Shown piece after piece: positions 37,601 to 46,411 of a DNA stretch of 64,000 nt (positions are counted from its first letter, which is position 1; every line of letters starts with the position of its first letter). Under the pieces are notes generated by a model. It saw only the letters and a program-made list of their open reading frames with translations, was not told where the DNA came from and made no database searches. A program made the translations under genes and the position numbers. Source of the stretch: Candidatus Krumholzibacteriota bacterium (lineage in GTDB: Bacteria; Krumholzibacteriota; Krumholzibacteriia; Krumholzibacteriales; Krumholzibacteriaceae); contig JAFGBF010000015.1 in the NCBI GenBank assembly GCA_016933255.1, forward strand, positions 79,725 through 143,724. Direction: 5' to 3'.

Positions 37601-37856
37601 GAGCGATATCGATATAATGCTGCATTTTCAGGGCACAAAGCAGCAGCGAAAGGATCTTATGACATGGCTGGAAGGATGGAGCCTCTGCCTGGATGAAATC
37701 AATTACTTAAGGACCGGCTACAGGATCGGCGGTTTGCTCGATGTCCATATTATTACAGATGATGATATCAGGGACAGAACGAGTTATGCTGTAAAGATCG
37801 GGGCAGTTACTGACGCCGCCAGGGAAATCCCGATGAAGGGGAAAGAACGGGCCTAG
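34677..37856 (+). CDS. Large multidomain protein: N-terminal domain of unknown function, a PPDK_N-like ATP-grasp domain, and a C-terminal Pol-beta-superfamily nucleotidyltransferase domain.
   Basis: GGKSAGLFLAE and VRSSSLLEDSLGAAFSGKYKS are the PPDK_N motifs. C-terminal FYVFGSTKNATAGLKSDIDIMLHF is an NTase GS...D.D motif. Shares a GRWG...G(S/T)HFF block with the upstream paralog. ATG 34677 has an AGGGGAG RBS and overlaps the upstream stop by 17 nt. Confidence 0.65.
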   Translation: MKKKNNITDDLIKSFLEREKELKCLYQIEEILKKSNSDQDQIYSRILEAIPLGFQYPEVCSVRITIGTEIIEPKGLTETRWVLKTDIPVQEKKAGEISVYYSKEMPREDEGPFLKHEKRLLEAIADRLGSSILHKRLRDAEAVELGQEPEEESHEWQVVLNLLRHTDKNLFISLSERMLNHLSWTGISEIENIELDFSKVQLDADEGLNRESNRPDKRRKVELSETVCEQIFKVAAKHYTDQTILDYLQRWIADDKLKFLAHISNRNFNLSEIIDAIRRYRDIAREGIELSPVAREGVLVSLIRRFFSSQLNYIRLAKNYVRNNDFFDVVDRIIFTKDSHGRLGGKSAGLFLAEAIIKKSEDSSDLLRSVKFPRSWHITSDVILGFLKYNNMDEVVEQKYKEINQIRQEYPYVIQTFKNGHFPPEVVQGLSMVLDEFDERPLIVRSSSLLEDSLGAAFSGKYKSLFLANQGSKQHRLEALIDAIAEVYSSIFGPDPIEYRAERNLLDFAEEMGIIIQEVVGKKIGDYFLPAFAGVAFSRNDFRWSPRIKREDGLMRLVPGLGTRAVDRISEDYPVLIAPGQPGLRVNVTAEEIVYYSPKKIDVINLKTNSFETIDIKDLLKKHGPELPLVNKIISKFEDDHLKKPLAMSVDFEKDDLAVTFDGIINDSDLIKQVNGLLKLLENKLESSVDIEFAHDGEDFYLLQCRPQSFNEDSAPAAIPKNIPDEKVVFSAHKYISNGRVPDLTHIVYVDPQKYSELGSKEDLIAVGKAVGELNKLLPKRQFILMGPGRWGSRGDIKLGVSVSYSDINNTAVLVEIAKKKGNYMPDLSFGTHFFQDLVEGQIRYLPLYPDNVKNTFNERFLLGSKSILADILPKYSSLSDVIRLIDVPKVTGGLVFRVLMNADLGEALGILDEAGKETDVDDVEIVDIEIPSKKYWLWRLRMAEQIASELDPDRFGVAGFYVFGSTKNATAGLKSDIDIMLHFQGTKQQRKDLMTWLEGWSLCLDEINYLRTGYRIGGLLDVHIITDDDIRDRTSYAVKIGAVTDAAREIPMKGKERA

Positions 37857-38719
37857 ATAAGTTCACGGCTTACTTCGTCAATCTTTTTCAGGTCGAATCT
37901 TACTAGGGCGAGTTCCGGCCCGTCATGCGCGGCCGATATTGCAAGCGTCCTTCCTATATGGCATTTCCAGGAACCCGTGATTCGGGCTGATTCATGAATG
38001 TGGCCGTGCATCGTCAGCAATGGCTGTTTTTCCTCGATGAACCTGCCTATGGCTATGCTTCCGACATGAACATCCAAAGGGGCATGATCGACCTTCATGC
38101 CGTCCAGCGCGGCTCGGTCGAGACTTGTCCCGTAGGGAGGAGCATGGAAGAGAAAAATGGCGTTTTCCAGGGCAAGGCCTTCCGTCAGTTTTTCAAGATC
38201 GGCTCTGATCGTACCGTATCTCAACTCGTCGATATCCGCTGGTGTCGACCGGTTCCCTTCCTCCGGTGAAATGCAACCCGGATCTACATACCGGGAGATA
38301 TCATACTTTTCCCAGTCTTTAAGATGAAAAGGTGTCGGAGGTATATAGGAGTATCCAAAAACACGCCGTCCGAGGTGTTCGATGTTTGTTCCGTGAATAT
38401 AGCTCAAAAGGCCTTCTTTCGAGGCCTCGATCATCGATTGCTCATCATAACGCCCGTCGTCGTTTCCCAGGATTGCGAATATCCTCGGGTACGATTTGCC
38501 GAGGTTGTCACGGAGGATCTCCAGCTTCTTGAAAAGGTATCCGTTCAGAAATCCTTCGTGTCCAAAATCCGAGCTTAGCGCATGAGGCAGGATATCTCCG
38601 CCGATAAATATCGTCCCGGGCTTTTCTCTCTCCAGCGCGGAGAATAATCTGGTGAATCTTTCCCTCTTTCCGTGAAGGTCGGAAATAAAAAAACATTTCG
38701 TGTTCTGTCTCAGACTCAT
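37853..38719 (-). CDS. Calcineurin-like metallophosphoesterase.
   Basis: Motifs D.H, GD, GNDD/GNHE-like and GH.H (ISDLHG, GGDILPH, ILGNDDG, MHGHIH). Confidence 0.75.
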   Translation of the reverse strand: MSLRQNTKCFFISDLHGKRERFTRLFSALEREKPGTIFIGGDILPHALSSDFGHEGFLNGYLFKKLEILRDNLGKSYPRIFAILGNDDGRYDEQSMIEASKEGLLSYIHGTNIEHLGRRVFGYSYIPPTPFHLKDWEKYDISRYVDPGCISPEEGNRSTPADIDELRYGTIRADLEKLTEGLALENAIFLFHAPPYGTSLDRAALDGMKVDHAPLDVHVGSIAIGRFIEEKQPLLTMHGHIHESARITGSWKCHIGRTLAISAAHDGPELALVRFDLKKIDEVSRELI

Positions 38720-38861
38720 CTTGAAATTATCCTCGCTGTTCCGGCCGGTAAATCGATGCGCTATAGCAGAGCCGAATCATTAGTGGCAAAAGAATCGTGA
38801 CTATTTCCCTTCTGAAAATGAATAAGTTCGGAAGATGGAAAGGGTCCGAGGGAAATATTTT

Positions 38862-40190
38862 TCAGCATTTATCCAGATATCTGTCTATCTCCCAATCAGT
38901 GACGGCTGACTTGAATTCCTGTGACTCCAGTTCCTTGGTGTTGGCGTATTTAGTCGTAAGATCTTCGCCGAGAAGATCTCTCATCAGATCGCTTTTTCTA
39001 AAAAGGAGAACAGCTTCCTCGAGGGTCTGCGGCAGAATATCTATACCCATTGCTTTCAGTTCGCTGTCAGTCTTCTCATAAACGCTGTCTTCCATCTCGG
39101 GGGCCAGTTCCATCCTGTTCTTTATTCCATCAAGGCCGGCTTTAAGGATCGCAGCGAAAAGAAGGTATGGTGAGGCACTCGGATCGGGACACCTCAGTTC
39201 CGCCCTGATCGAGGATTCCCTTTCCTTCGCGAAATGGGGGATACGGACAAGGGAAGACCTGTTTTTACTTCCCCAGCAGATATAGACCGGTGCTTCATAC
39301 CCCGAAACAAGGCGCTTGTACGAGTTTACTGTAGGGTTGGTCAGAGCGCACATCCCTTTTATGTTGGCGAGGAGCCCGGCTATAAAATTCTTGGCCAGGG
39401 GAGAGAGCCTGTTGGGGTCTTCGGCGTCATAGAAGGCAGGGGTGCCGTCTGTTCCGAAAAGGGAACAGTGCACATGCATTCCGTTGCCGGCCTTGCCGTA
39501 GATAGGTTTGGGCATGAATGAAGCTATCAGTCCCCTTTTGTGAGCTATCGATTTTATGATCTTTTTCAGAATGACCACATTATCTGCCGTACTCAAAGCG
39601 TCGCCGTATCTGAACCCTACTTCGTGCTGCCCGACTCCGACCTCGTGATGGGCCCTTTCTGAATCGATCCCGAATACCTTCAAAGCCTGCATGATCTCTT
39701 TTCGGATATCGCTGCCGATATCCTTGGCCGAGGAGTCGAAATATGATCCCGTATCGAATTCCGGAGTGGTGAAACCACCGTTTTCTGTCTTCTTGAAGAG
39801 GTAGAATTCTACCTCCGGGCCGACGTTGAACAGATATCCCATATCGCGGGCTTCGGCGATGATCTTTTTAAGAACGGCTCTGGGGTCTCCGCTGAAGAGG
39901 TTTCCGTCTGGAGTATATACCTCGCACATGAATCTTGCGGTTTTTCTGCTGTCATCGTCTCCTGGAAGAACTGCGTATGTATCCAGCTCCGGCTTGAGGT
40001 ACATATCACTTTCTTTGGTCCTTGCAAATCCTCTTATCGAAGAACCGTCGAACCAGATCCCCTTGTCAGCGGCTACAGCAAGGTTCTCGATCGGGATCTC
40101 GATCGATTTCAGTACTCCGAATATGTCGGTAAATTCCAGCTCTACAAAGACGACTCCGTCTGACATCGCCTTTTTTATCGTATCGTTCAC
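38862..40190 (-). CDS. glnA: Glutamine synthetase (short GSI-alpha-like, 442 aa).
   Basis: KPIYGKAGNGMHVHCSLF ATP-binding signature. GTG start with a GGAGG RBS. Confidence 0.85.
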   Translation of the reverse strand: MNDTIKKAMSDGVVFVELEFTDIFGVLKSIEIPIENLAVAADKGIWFDGSSIRGFARTKESDMYLKPELDTYAVLPGDDDSRKTARFMCEVYTPDGNLFSGDPRAVLKKIIAEARDMGYLFNVGPEVEFYLFKKTENGGFTTPEFDTGSYFDSSAKDIGSDIRKEIMQALKVFGIDSERAHHEVGVGQHEVGFRYGDALSTADNVVILKKIIKSIAHKRGLIASFMPKPIYGKAGNGMHVHCSLFGTDGTPAFYDAEDPNRLSPLAKNFIAGLLANIKGMCALTNPTVNSYKRLVSGYEAPVYICWGSKNRSSLVRIPHFAKERESSIRAELRCPDPSASPYLLFAAILKAGLDGIKNRMELAPEMEDSVYEKTDSELKAMGIDILPQTLEEAVLLFRKSDLMRDLLGEDLTTKYANTKELESQEFKSAVTDWEIDRYLDKC

Positions 40191-40362
40191 CAGGCTACCT
40201 CCAGAATCCAGTCGGCCTCTCGGGGCGGGTCATATCTGTTTGAAATATCTTTTCCAAGGCTTGATCTTGAAAGTCTTACTCTATGGAGTTTTTTTTCTTA
40301 TGTCTATGAAAATTTTCGGGGGCCGCAGGCTGATAAGACTGCAGCCCCCGTCTCAAGAAAAT

Positions 40363-41223
40363 CTAGAGGAAACTGTATGAAAGGCCGAGAGCGACAGACT
40401 GGTAGATCTGACGCCTCTTGGATATGTCTCTGTCATAAAATATCCTGAAATTAAAATTCACGTTCAGGTATTTGGAGATCTTCGTCGTAAAGACGTTATC
40501 CCAGTTGAGATCGGTCTCATTGAAAGCTTCAAGCGTGGAAAAAAGCTCCAGTTTTGAAGTGAACAATGAATTTTCAGAGATCTTCCAGTTAACATCCGTC
40601 ACCAACTCGGCGCCGATCTCGTTTTTCGTCTTTTCGATGCCGTCAGTATCGGGATCATCCGCGTAAGGCACGGGGTAATCGCTGGTAATAGTCTGTTTCA
40701 TCGCGGCACCGAGCCTGGTCGCCACAATATCGTTCGGCTTATATCCCAGGCCTACGCTTTCCCTGAAATACCCCGGGTCCATAAATGCCGAGATCTGTGT
40801 CTTAGGTTCGGTATCATAGTTATAACCTGCCGCAAACTGGGTCTCGCCGTTAACGGCGGCGTAAGGATTGACGTGGAGATTCAGCTTGTATGTAAATACG
40901 CTCTCGAGTTTTATCTCGTCTATCGATTTGCGTTGATCCTCATCTCCGGTCTTCGTCGACCCGTATCCGAACTTGCCGGAGTTCGCCCAGTTGGTCTTTT
41001 CCTGGTCGTTAACGAATTTGAAGTTAAGAAAAAATTGCCAGGCCAGCGAATTTTCACCGCCCTGCGCCCAATTATCAAAACTCGTCTGCGTCAGATTGGC
41101 CCCGCCGACCATCTCTTTTTGCCAGCCGTATTCCGGCTCCTTCGCGGATTCTTCCTGAGCAGAGAGACAACTGCTCAAAAAACCCAGAATTAGAAACGCA
41201 AGTACAACAATTCTCAGCTTCAT
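40363..41223 (-). CDS. Putative outer-membrane beta-barrel protein.
   Basis: Signal peptide (MKLRIVVLAFLILGFLSSCLSAQ). Alternating amphipathic strands rich in Y/G/N. C-terminal aromatic end (...SYSFL). Confidence 0.4.
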   Translation of the reverse strand: MKLRIVVLAFLILGFLSSCLSAQEESAKEPEYGWQKEMVGGANLTQTSFDNWAQGGENSLAWQFFLNFKFVNDQEKTNWANSGKFGYGSTKTGDEDQRKSIDEIKLESVFTYKLNLHVNPYAAVNGETQFAAGYNYDTEPKTQISAFMDPGYFRESVGLGYKPNDIVATRLGAAMKQTITSDYPVPYADDPDTDGIEKTKNEIGAELVTDVNWKISENSLFTSKLELFSTLEAFNETDLNWDNVFTTKISKYLNVNFNFRIFYDRDISKRRQIYQSVALGLSYSFL

Positions 41224-41290
41224 CCGATGCTCCTTACTACTTGAAAGTACAAAAAACTACAAAACGATTCCTTGCCCTGCGAAGGGCGGT

Positions 41291-42112
41291 TTAAGCCTCA
41301 TGCTTGTACAAATGCACGTCCTGCTGCGGGAACGGAATAGATATCCCTGCCTTGTCAAATTCCAGTTTCACCTTTTCGTGAATATCGAAATACAATCCCC
41401 AATAATCAGCACTGCCGCACCAGGGGCGAACGACGAAATTGACCGAGCTGTCACCCAATTCGGAAACTGCGACCGTAGGCGCGGGATCGTCCAGCACCCG
41501 GCTGTCGCCTTTTAGGATCGCTTCCAGCGTTTCCTTTGCCTTTTTGATGTTGTCTGAATATGCGATACCGAAGGTCATATCGATGCGCCGGATCGATTCA
41601 GTTGAGAAGTTTGTAATACTTCCGTTTGATAATGCCCCGTTGGGAATTATGATCGTCTTGTTGTCCGGTGTCTTCATGATCGTATTGAAAATCTGAATCT
41701 CCTTAATTGTTCCTGTATGACCGCCTGCATCGACAAAATCACCGACTTTATAAGGCTTGAACAGCAATATCAATACCCCTCCGGCAAAGTTTGCAAGGCT
41801 GCCCTGCAGCGCAAGGCCGACAGCCAGTCCGGCAGCGCCCAGGATCGCGATAAACGAAGTCATCTGGATGCCTATCATCGAGGCGACGCTTATCACGAGC
41901 ATTACCTTGAGAATGATCCTGATCAGGCTCAACAAAAAGCTTCGCAAAGACAGATCGATCTTGCTCCGCTCCATCCCCTTGGAGAATGTCTTGCCTAATA
42001 ATCTGATGATCCAGAGACCTATTACCAGGGTCACCATGGCCATCAGTAATTTCGGGCCATAGCTCATCAAAAGCTCCATAGCTTTGTCCGAGTAAGTCTG
42101 CAAACCTTCCAT
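41291..42112 (-). CDS. mscS: Small-conductance mechanosensitive channel, MscS family.
   Basis: Three N-terminal TM helices, then the conserved beta-domain PYKVGDFVDAGGHTGTIKEIQIFNTIMKTPDNKTIIIPNG. Confidence 0.85.
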   Translation of the reverse strand: MEGLQTYSDKAMELLMSYGPKLLMAMVTLVIGLWIIRLLGKTFSKGMERSKIDLSLRSFLLSLIRIILKVMLVISVASMIGIQMTSFIAILGAAGLAVGLALQGSLANFAGGVLILLFKPYKVGDFVDAGGHTGTIKEIQIFNTIMKTPDNKTIIIPNGALSNGSITNFSTESIRRIDMTFGIAYSDNIKKAKETLEAILKGDSRVLDDPAPTVAVSELGDSSVNFVVRPWCGSADYWGLYFDIHEKVKLEFDKAGISIPFPQQDVHLYKHEA

Positions 42113-42242
42113 GCGAGAAACCTCCGTGCCTGAAATGAAGTGAGTCTTCTTAAGAAACGCCGATTTAACCGCTCTCGGGTCAAGAAATCACAAACGATTA
42201 TTATACGCAAGTCATTTTTAGGGTGTTACGATCGAGGTCCGA

Positions 42243-44603
42243 TCATCTAAGAAGGACGGCCTTGCGGCTTATCGTTTTTCCGCCGGCCTTGAGCCTATAG
42301 AAATATACTCCGCTCGAAAGATTTTCCGGGGTCCACCTCACAGTATGTTCCCCGGCGTCAAGATCATCGCAACGGAGGCATTCCACTTCCCTTCCAGCGG
42401 CGTCATAGACGCGAAGGTCGACCCGGCAACTATTTTTCAGGAAAAAGCAGATCTCCGTTCCCGGGTTGAAAGGGTTGGGGTAGTTCTGATAAAGGGCGGT
42501 TACGGCGGGGATATCCCCGGAATCAACGGTAAGGGTATCTCTGTAGAACTGCCGGTTATGGGCTGTAACTGTGATTATAAGCGAGTCGACTTCGTCCGTA
42601 ACGGGTACCGACAATGGTAGTGACAGACTTCCTCCGGGCCCGGCGATTCCCCTGCCGTAACAGATGCCGTTCCAGTACAACGCGCCGAGGCTTCCCTCTT
42701 CTTCTGTTTCTACCGGGAAAGAGACCGTACTCCTCTCGATACTGGCGTTGTGGGCCACCACCATCTGGGAAGGGGTATCGGTCCAGCCGTCCATCGCAGG
42801 GTCTCCGAGCAGATTAAGGCAGTAGAAGCACCACCTGTGGGCCCCCGATTCATATTCATCCGGGAGATCGACGAACGCGGCTGTCTCGTCTTTTGAGCGC
42901 TGGTTGGCAGATCCGAGGTCCGTATATCCTTCCGTGAAGACTGCGTCGAAAAACTCTCGCTGGAAGTGATGGGATGGGCCGTTTGTCGATCCTTCCGTGA
43001 ACCATCCGTAGCGGGAGTTGCCGACAAAGGCGGAAGCGAATCTGTTTATGCCAAGGAACTTTTCCGCTATACAGTCTAAATCGAATGCCCCTGCGTAACA
43101 ACCGTATGTATTTACGATAGGGAATTTCGCCGTTATCCCGTCATTCGTAAAGTTGGTCTCGTTGACATCGCTTATCGACAACCTCATCACTGAATTTGTG
43201 TTGGAATGACCTGCATGGCATATCCAGTTTGTTCCGGCGTTGACCTCTGCGTAGACGTCAGATTTGTACCAGTATTCGAGCTCCCTGTCATAATATTTCG
43301 TGATATTGAAATCCGGCGGGAACCCTGTCGTTGAGAATCCATATGCCGTACAGGTGCCGACCAGCTGATCCATTTCGTCTCCGCCATATGTCAATGGATC
43401 GCTGAACATCTCTTCACCGAGCAGGAGAAGATTTCTTGACTGTCCCGTTACGGGAGACTCCTGATAGCTGGCAGTCTTGTAAATGAATGTCGCCGCCTCC
43501 TCCTGTGAATCGACCGGTGCTCTGCCTATCGAGATATCGGAGAAGAGGTCTTCCTCTCCAGCTTCACCCCATTCATCGTCGGAATCCGTGTTCCAGTCTC
43601 CGTCAAGGGCGGCATAGTAGATATCCGCCGGGATGTCGGGATCATAATAGACCGACGATGAATAGACCGAGCAGGACAACCCTCTGTACGGGACAGTCGC
43701 GGGAGCTCCCGGATTCCCGTCTCCGGCAAGCAGGACGTGGGTTATTCCGCTGGCGGCGTATTCTTCTATGATCGCGTTACGGATCCTTTCCTGTGTGTCA
43801 TTTCCCGGAAAAGCACCGATAATATATTCGACTGTCATGATCTCCGAGCGCATTCCCCTTCTTGTATAGAACTCCTTCAGAGGAATAAAATCATTTTCCA
43901 GTATCGCCTTTGTTATTATCAGATATTCGTATTCATCACCCGCTGGCAGTATCGGCCCACTTATTCTGTCATAAAAAGCCTCCGCGGAAGGATTGTCGAT
44001 CAGACCTTCCAGATATTTTATTGTGGGAGCATCGGAACGCAGTAAAGACAACGCTTCAGAACTTTTTTCGGAAGGGATAGTCTCTACGATCACTTCTACT
44101 TCGCTGTAATATCCGACCCGGTTTGCCGAAGGGAGAAACCCGGCGGGAGTGAAAGACCCCGTTACGATAGGGTGCCCGCGGTAGTAGTGCGTCCTCGGTC
44201 CCGAGGATGGCGGGTGGATCCATTCTGCCGATGAATATGCGGTCTCGTTGTAGAGAAAAGCGCTTTCCGAACCTTCCGCCTCTATCCCGGGGAGAGGGTG
44301 CTGTCTCGGGCGCAGGATAATCTCTTTATCGATATCTTTCCATCCCCGGCGGTTGAACGATATAGCCGACGCGGCTTCTCCGGGAGGAAGAAGGATCCTT
44401 ATCCCCCGAAATGGAAAACTCGGACCGCCTGCTTTTCCCGCCTGAATCGTTGAAGGGAAGAAGAGGAGGGAAAAACCATCCTGAGAAGTCTCGATCCGCG
44501 GTTCGCTGAAACGATAGGTTACAGAGACCTGCCGTGCTTTGGTTGAAAAAGGAAAAGAGGCGATAAGCAGAGCCGAAGCTGCTACAAGCGGCAATCTCTT
44601 CAT
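42243..44603 (-). CDS. Secreted cysteine-peptidase-like protein (gingipain/C25-like, clan CD His/Cys dyad) with a T9SS C-terminal sorting domain.
   Basis: The C-terminus YPNPFNPGTEICFFL...LRVYDAAGREV...SGVYFYRLKAGGKTISRKAVLLR matches the Por/T9SS CTD pattern. The core has CHAGHS and YGCYAG motifs compatible with a clan CD dyad. Signal peptide present. Confidence 0.55.
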   Translation of the reverse strand: MKRLPLVAASALLIASFPFSTKARQVSVTYRFSEPRIETSQDGFSLLFFPSTIQAGKAGGPSFPFRGIRILLPPGEAASAISFNRRGWKDIDKEIILRPRQHPLPGIEAEGSESAFLYNETAYSSAEWIHPPSSGPRTHYYRGHPIVTGSFTPAGFLPSANRVGYYSEVEVIVETIPSEKSSEALSLLRSDAPTIKYLEGLIDNPSAEAFYDRISGPILPAGDEYEYLIITKAILENDFIPLKEFYTRRGMRSEIMTVEYIIGAFPGNDTQERIRNAIIEEYAASGITHVLLAGDGNPGAPATVPYRGLSCSVYSSSVYYDPDIPADIYYAALDGDWNTDSDDEWGEAGEEDLFSDISIGRAPVDSQEEAATFIYKTASYQESPVTGQSRNLLLLGEEMFSDPLTYGGDEMDQLVGTCTAYGFSTTGFPPDFNITKYYDRELEYWYKSDVYAEVNAGTNWICHAGHSNTNSVMRLSISDVNETNFTNDGITAKFPIVNTYGCYAGAFDLDCIAEKFLGINRFASAFVGNSRYGWFTEGSTNGPSHHFQREFFDAVFTEGYTDLGSANQRSKDETAAFVDLPDEYESGAHRWCFYCLNLLGDPAMDGWTDTPSQMVVAHNASIERSTVSFPVETEEEGSLGALYWNGICYGRGIAGPGGSLSLPLSVPVTDEVDSLIITVTAHNRQFYRDTLTVDSGDIPAVTALYQNYPNPFNPGTEICFFLKNSCRVDLRVYDAAGREVECLRCDDLDAGEHTVRWTPENLSSGVYFYRLKAGGKTISRKAVLLR

Positions 44604-44877
44604 TGCTCCCTTTCTGTCATGATCCGGAATATAGTCTCAGCAAGGGGAGTATAACAAATTTTATCCCCGTTCGGGGAAAAAGATTTTTTCCGTTAATTCT
44701 TCTGATGAATAGGGGGGATGAGGCGAAACATCGATGACTTGTCATGAAAAAAGATAGAATGCCCTAATTGATTTCGGTTATTATCTGCAGGTTGTATAAA
44801 AACGATGCGGCTTCAAGGCGGTCCTGATCTTTGCGGGCGTTCCGGCCCGCAGCCGAGGGCTGACAGGAAGGAAGATC

Positions 44878-46248
44878 ATGAAATCGATAATTAGTGATGT
44901 GCGCAAGAGGGATCCGGCAAAGAGTGCTGCGGTAAAGGTGATCCTCCTGGTGTCTGCGGCATTGTGTGTTTACGGTCCCCTTGCCGGAAGTTCCATTGCT
45001 GGTGAAACGGACACCTTTAAGTGGGGTTTCGATGAAAGGATAAGACAGACATATATCGAAAACGGATTCGACCTGTGGGATGATGCTTCCGATGACTGGA
45101 ATTTCATAAGGGTCCGAACGCGGCTTTGGTGTCAGTGGAAGCCTGCGGGCGGCGTGATCCTTGATGCGGGCCTGAACAATGAGCACAGGCACTGGTTCAA
45201 GTCGACAAGAGGATACGAGGATGACGACTTCGAGATCAACGAGCTGGTATTCGAAAAACTGTGTCTTTCTATCAACGATATCCTCGGGTATCCGGTCAGT
45301 ATCATAGCGGGGCGTCAGAATATAATGTACGGCGAGGGGTTTCTGTTTATGGACGGAGGGCCCCTGGATGGTTCCCGCACAGGGTATTTCAACGCTGTGA
45401 GGATGAGGGTGGAGAAGGATAAGAGATCTTTTGAACTCCATCTGCTCTCGGACCCTTCATGGGACAAGTATCTTCCGACGCTGAACTGCCAGAGGCAGCC
45501 GCTTATCGAATACGACGAGACGGGAGCCGGGATCTACTATACCGATCAGTCCCTGGAAAAACATAAGATCGAAGGATACTACTTCTACAAAAATGAAAAA
45601 GATGAAGACGGCCTGGTCCCGGAAAGTGACATCCATACGATAGGAGGCAGGCTGAGCGGTAAAACCGGCGGCTGTTTCAGCTATGCTTCCGAGTGGGCTT
45701 TTCAGCTGGGAGGGTACGGTAATGCCGATAGAAAGGGGTTCGGGGGATATCTTCACGGTACGTTTCTCTCGGATTCCAGGATGAACCCGTCTCTTACAGT
45801 GGGAGTCATATATCTTTCCGGAGACGATCCGGAGACGGAAGATTATGAAGGATGGGACCCCCTTTACAGCCGCTGGCCGAAATGGAGCGAATTATATATC
45901 TACACCCTTGCCACCACTGGAAAGGGTGTCGCATACTGGGAAAACCTCTTCGCTCCGAATATAAAGCTGACTCTAAAACCGCTGGAGGATATGACCGCCG
46001 AAGCCTCTTTATACTATATGAACTCACCCGAAGATCCTCCAGCTGACGGCCGGGATCTTCCGGGTCTGGGACCTGTCTTCGGCGAAGGAAGGGTGCGGGG
46101 TTTTCTTTCGGCTGTAAAGATCAGTTACAAGATGAACAAAAACATCTCAGGCCATCTTCTCTGGGAAAGATTCGATCCTGGAGATTATTATAACGAGGGG
46201 ACTGATACGGCAAATTTCCTCAGGTGGGAACTCTTCTACAATTTCTAG
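44878..46248 (+). CDS. Alginate-export-family (AlgE-like) outer-membrane beta-barrel protein.
   Basis: Signal peptide. N-terminal KWGFDERIRQTY...IRVRTRLW resembles the Alginate_exp family start. Y/G-rich beta-strand periodicity. Confidence 0.45.
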   Translation: MKSIISDVRKRDPAKSAAVKVILLVSAALCVYGPLAGSSIAGETDTFKWGFDERIRQTYIENGFDLWDDASDDWNFIRVRTRLWCQWKPAGGVILDAGLNNEHRHWFKSTRGYEDDDFEINELVFEKLCLSINDILGYPVSIIAGRQNIMYGEGFLFMDGGPLDGSRTGYFNAVRMRVEKDKRSFELHLLSDPSWDKYLPTLNCQRQPLIEYDETGAGIYYTDQSLEKHKIEGYYFYKNEKDEDGLVPESDIHTIGGRLSGKTGGCFSYASEWAFQLGGYGNADRKGFGGYLHGTFLSDSRMNPSLTVGVIYLSGDDPETEDYEGWDPLYSRWPKWSELYIYTLATTGKGVAYWENLFAPNIKLTLKPLEDMTAEASLYYMNSPEDPPADGRDLPGLGPVFGEGRVRGFLSAVKISYKMNKNISGHLLWERFDPGDYYNEGTDTANFLRWELFYNF

Positions 46249-46251
46249 GTA

Positions 46252-46410
46252 ATGAAAGGCTGGTGTGCAATGGGTCCGTTCAACATGCCATGGATGACTT
46301 TTTCGGCATTTATCGTTATCGGCGTAAGTATCGCCGTGTCGATCATATGGGCAATAAACGATATAAAGAAAGATCCTGACAATGACCGGGTCACCGAAAG
46401 GAGGAAATGA
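46252..46410 (+). CDS. Small (52-aa) single-TM membrane protein coupled to the symporter, YhdT/DUF997- or DUF3311-like.
   Basis: Not in the supplied ORF list because it is under 60 aa. Sequence MKGWCAMGPFNMPWMTFSAFIVIGVSIAVSIIWAINDIKKDPDNDRVTERRK. Its 3' end (GAAAGGAGGAAATGA) supplies the RBS for the symporter TTG start. Confidence 0.45.
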   Translation: MKGWCAMGPFNMPWMTFSAFIVIGVSIAVSIIWAINDIKKDPDNDRVTERRK

Positions 46411-46411
46411 T

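Noticed and set aside
32927-37856. Idea that the NTase fusion is a GlnE-like adenylyltransferase acting on the nearby glutamine synthetase.
   Set aside because: The GS here is a short (442-aa) alpha-type enzyme. Such enzymes generally lack the adenylylation loop targeted by GlnE. It is kept only as a loose hypothesis within the broader finding, not as an annotation.
44664-44677. Palindrome TCCCCGTTCGGGGA flanked by A/T runs in the divergent intergenic region.
   Set aside because: It looks terminator-like, but no gene ends nearby on either strand. It is likely a trivial hairpin or protein site, with no further support.
44764-45441. 225-aa minus-strand ORF overlapping the start of the alginate-export-like gene.
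   Set aside because: It lies in a divergent promoter region and is antisense to a gene with a signal peptide. There are no motifs.
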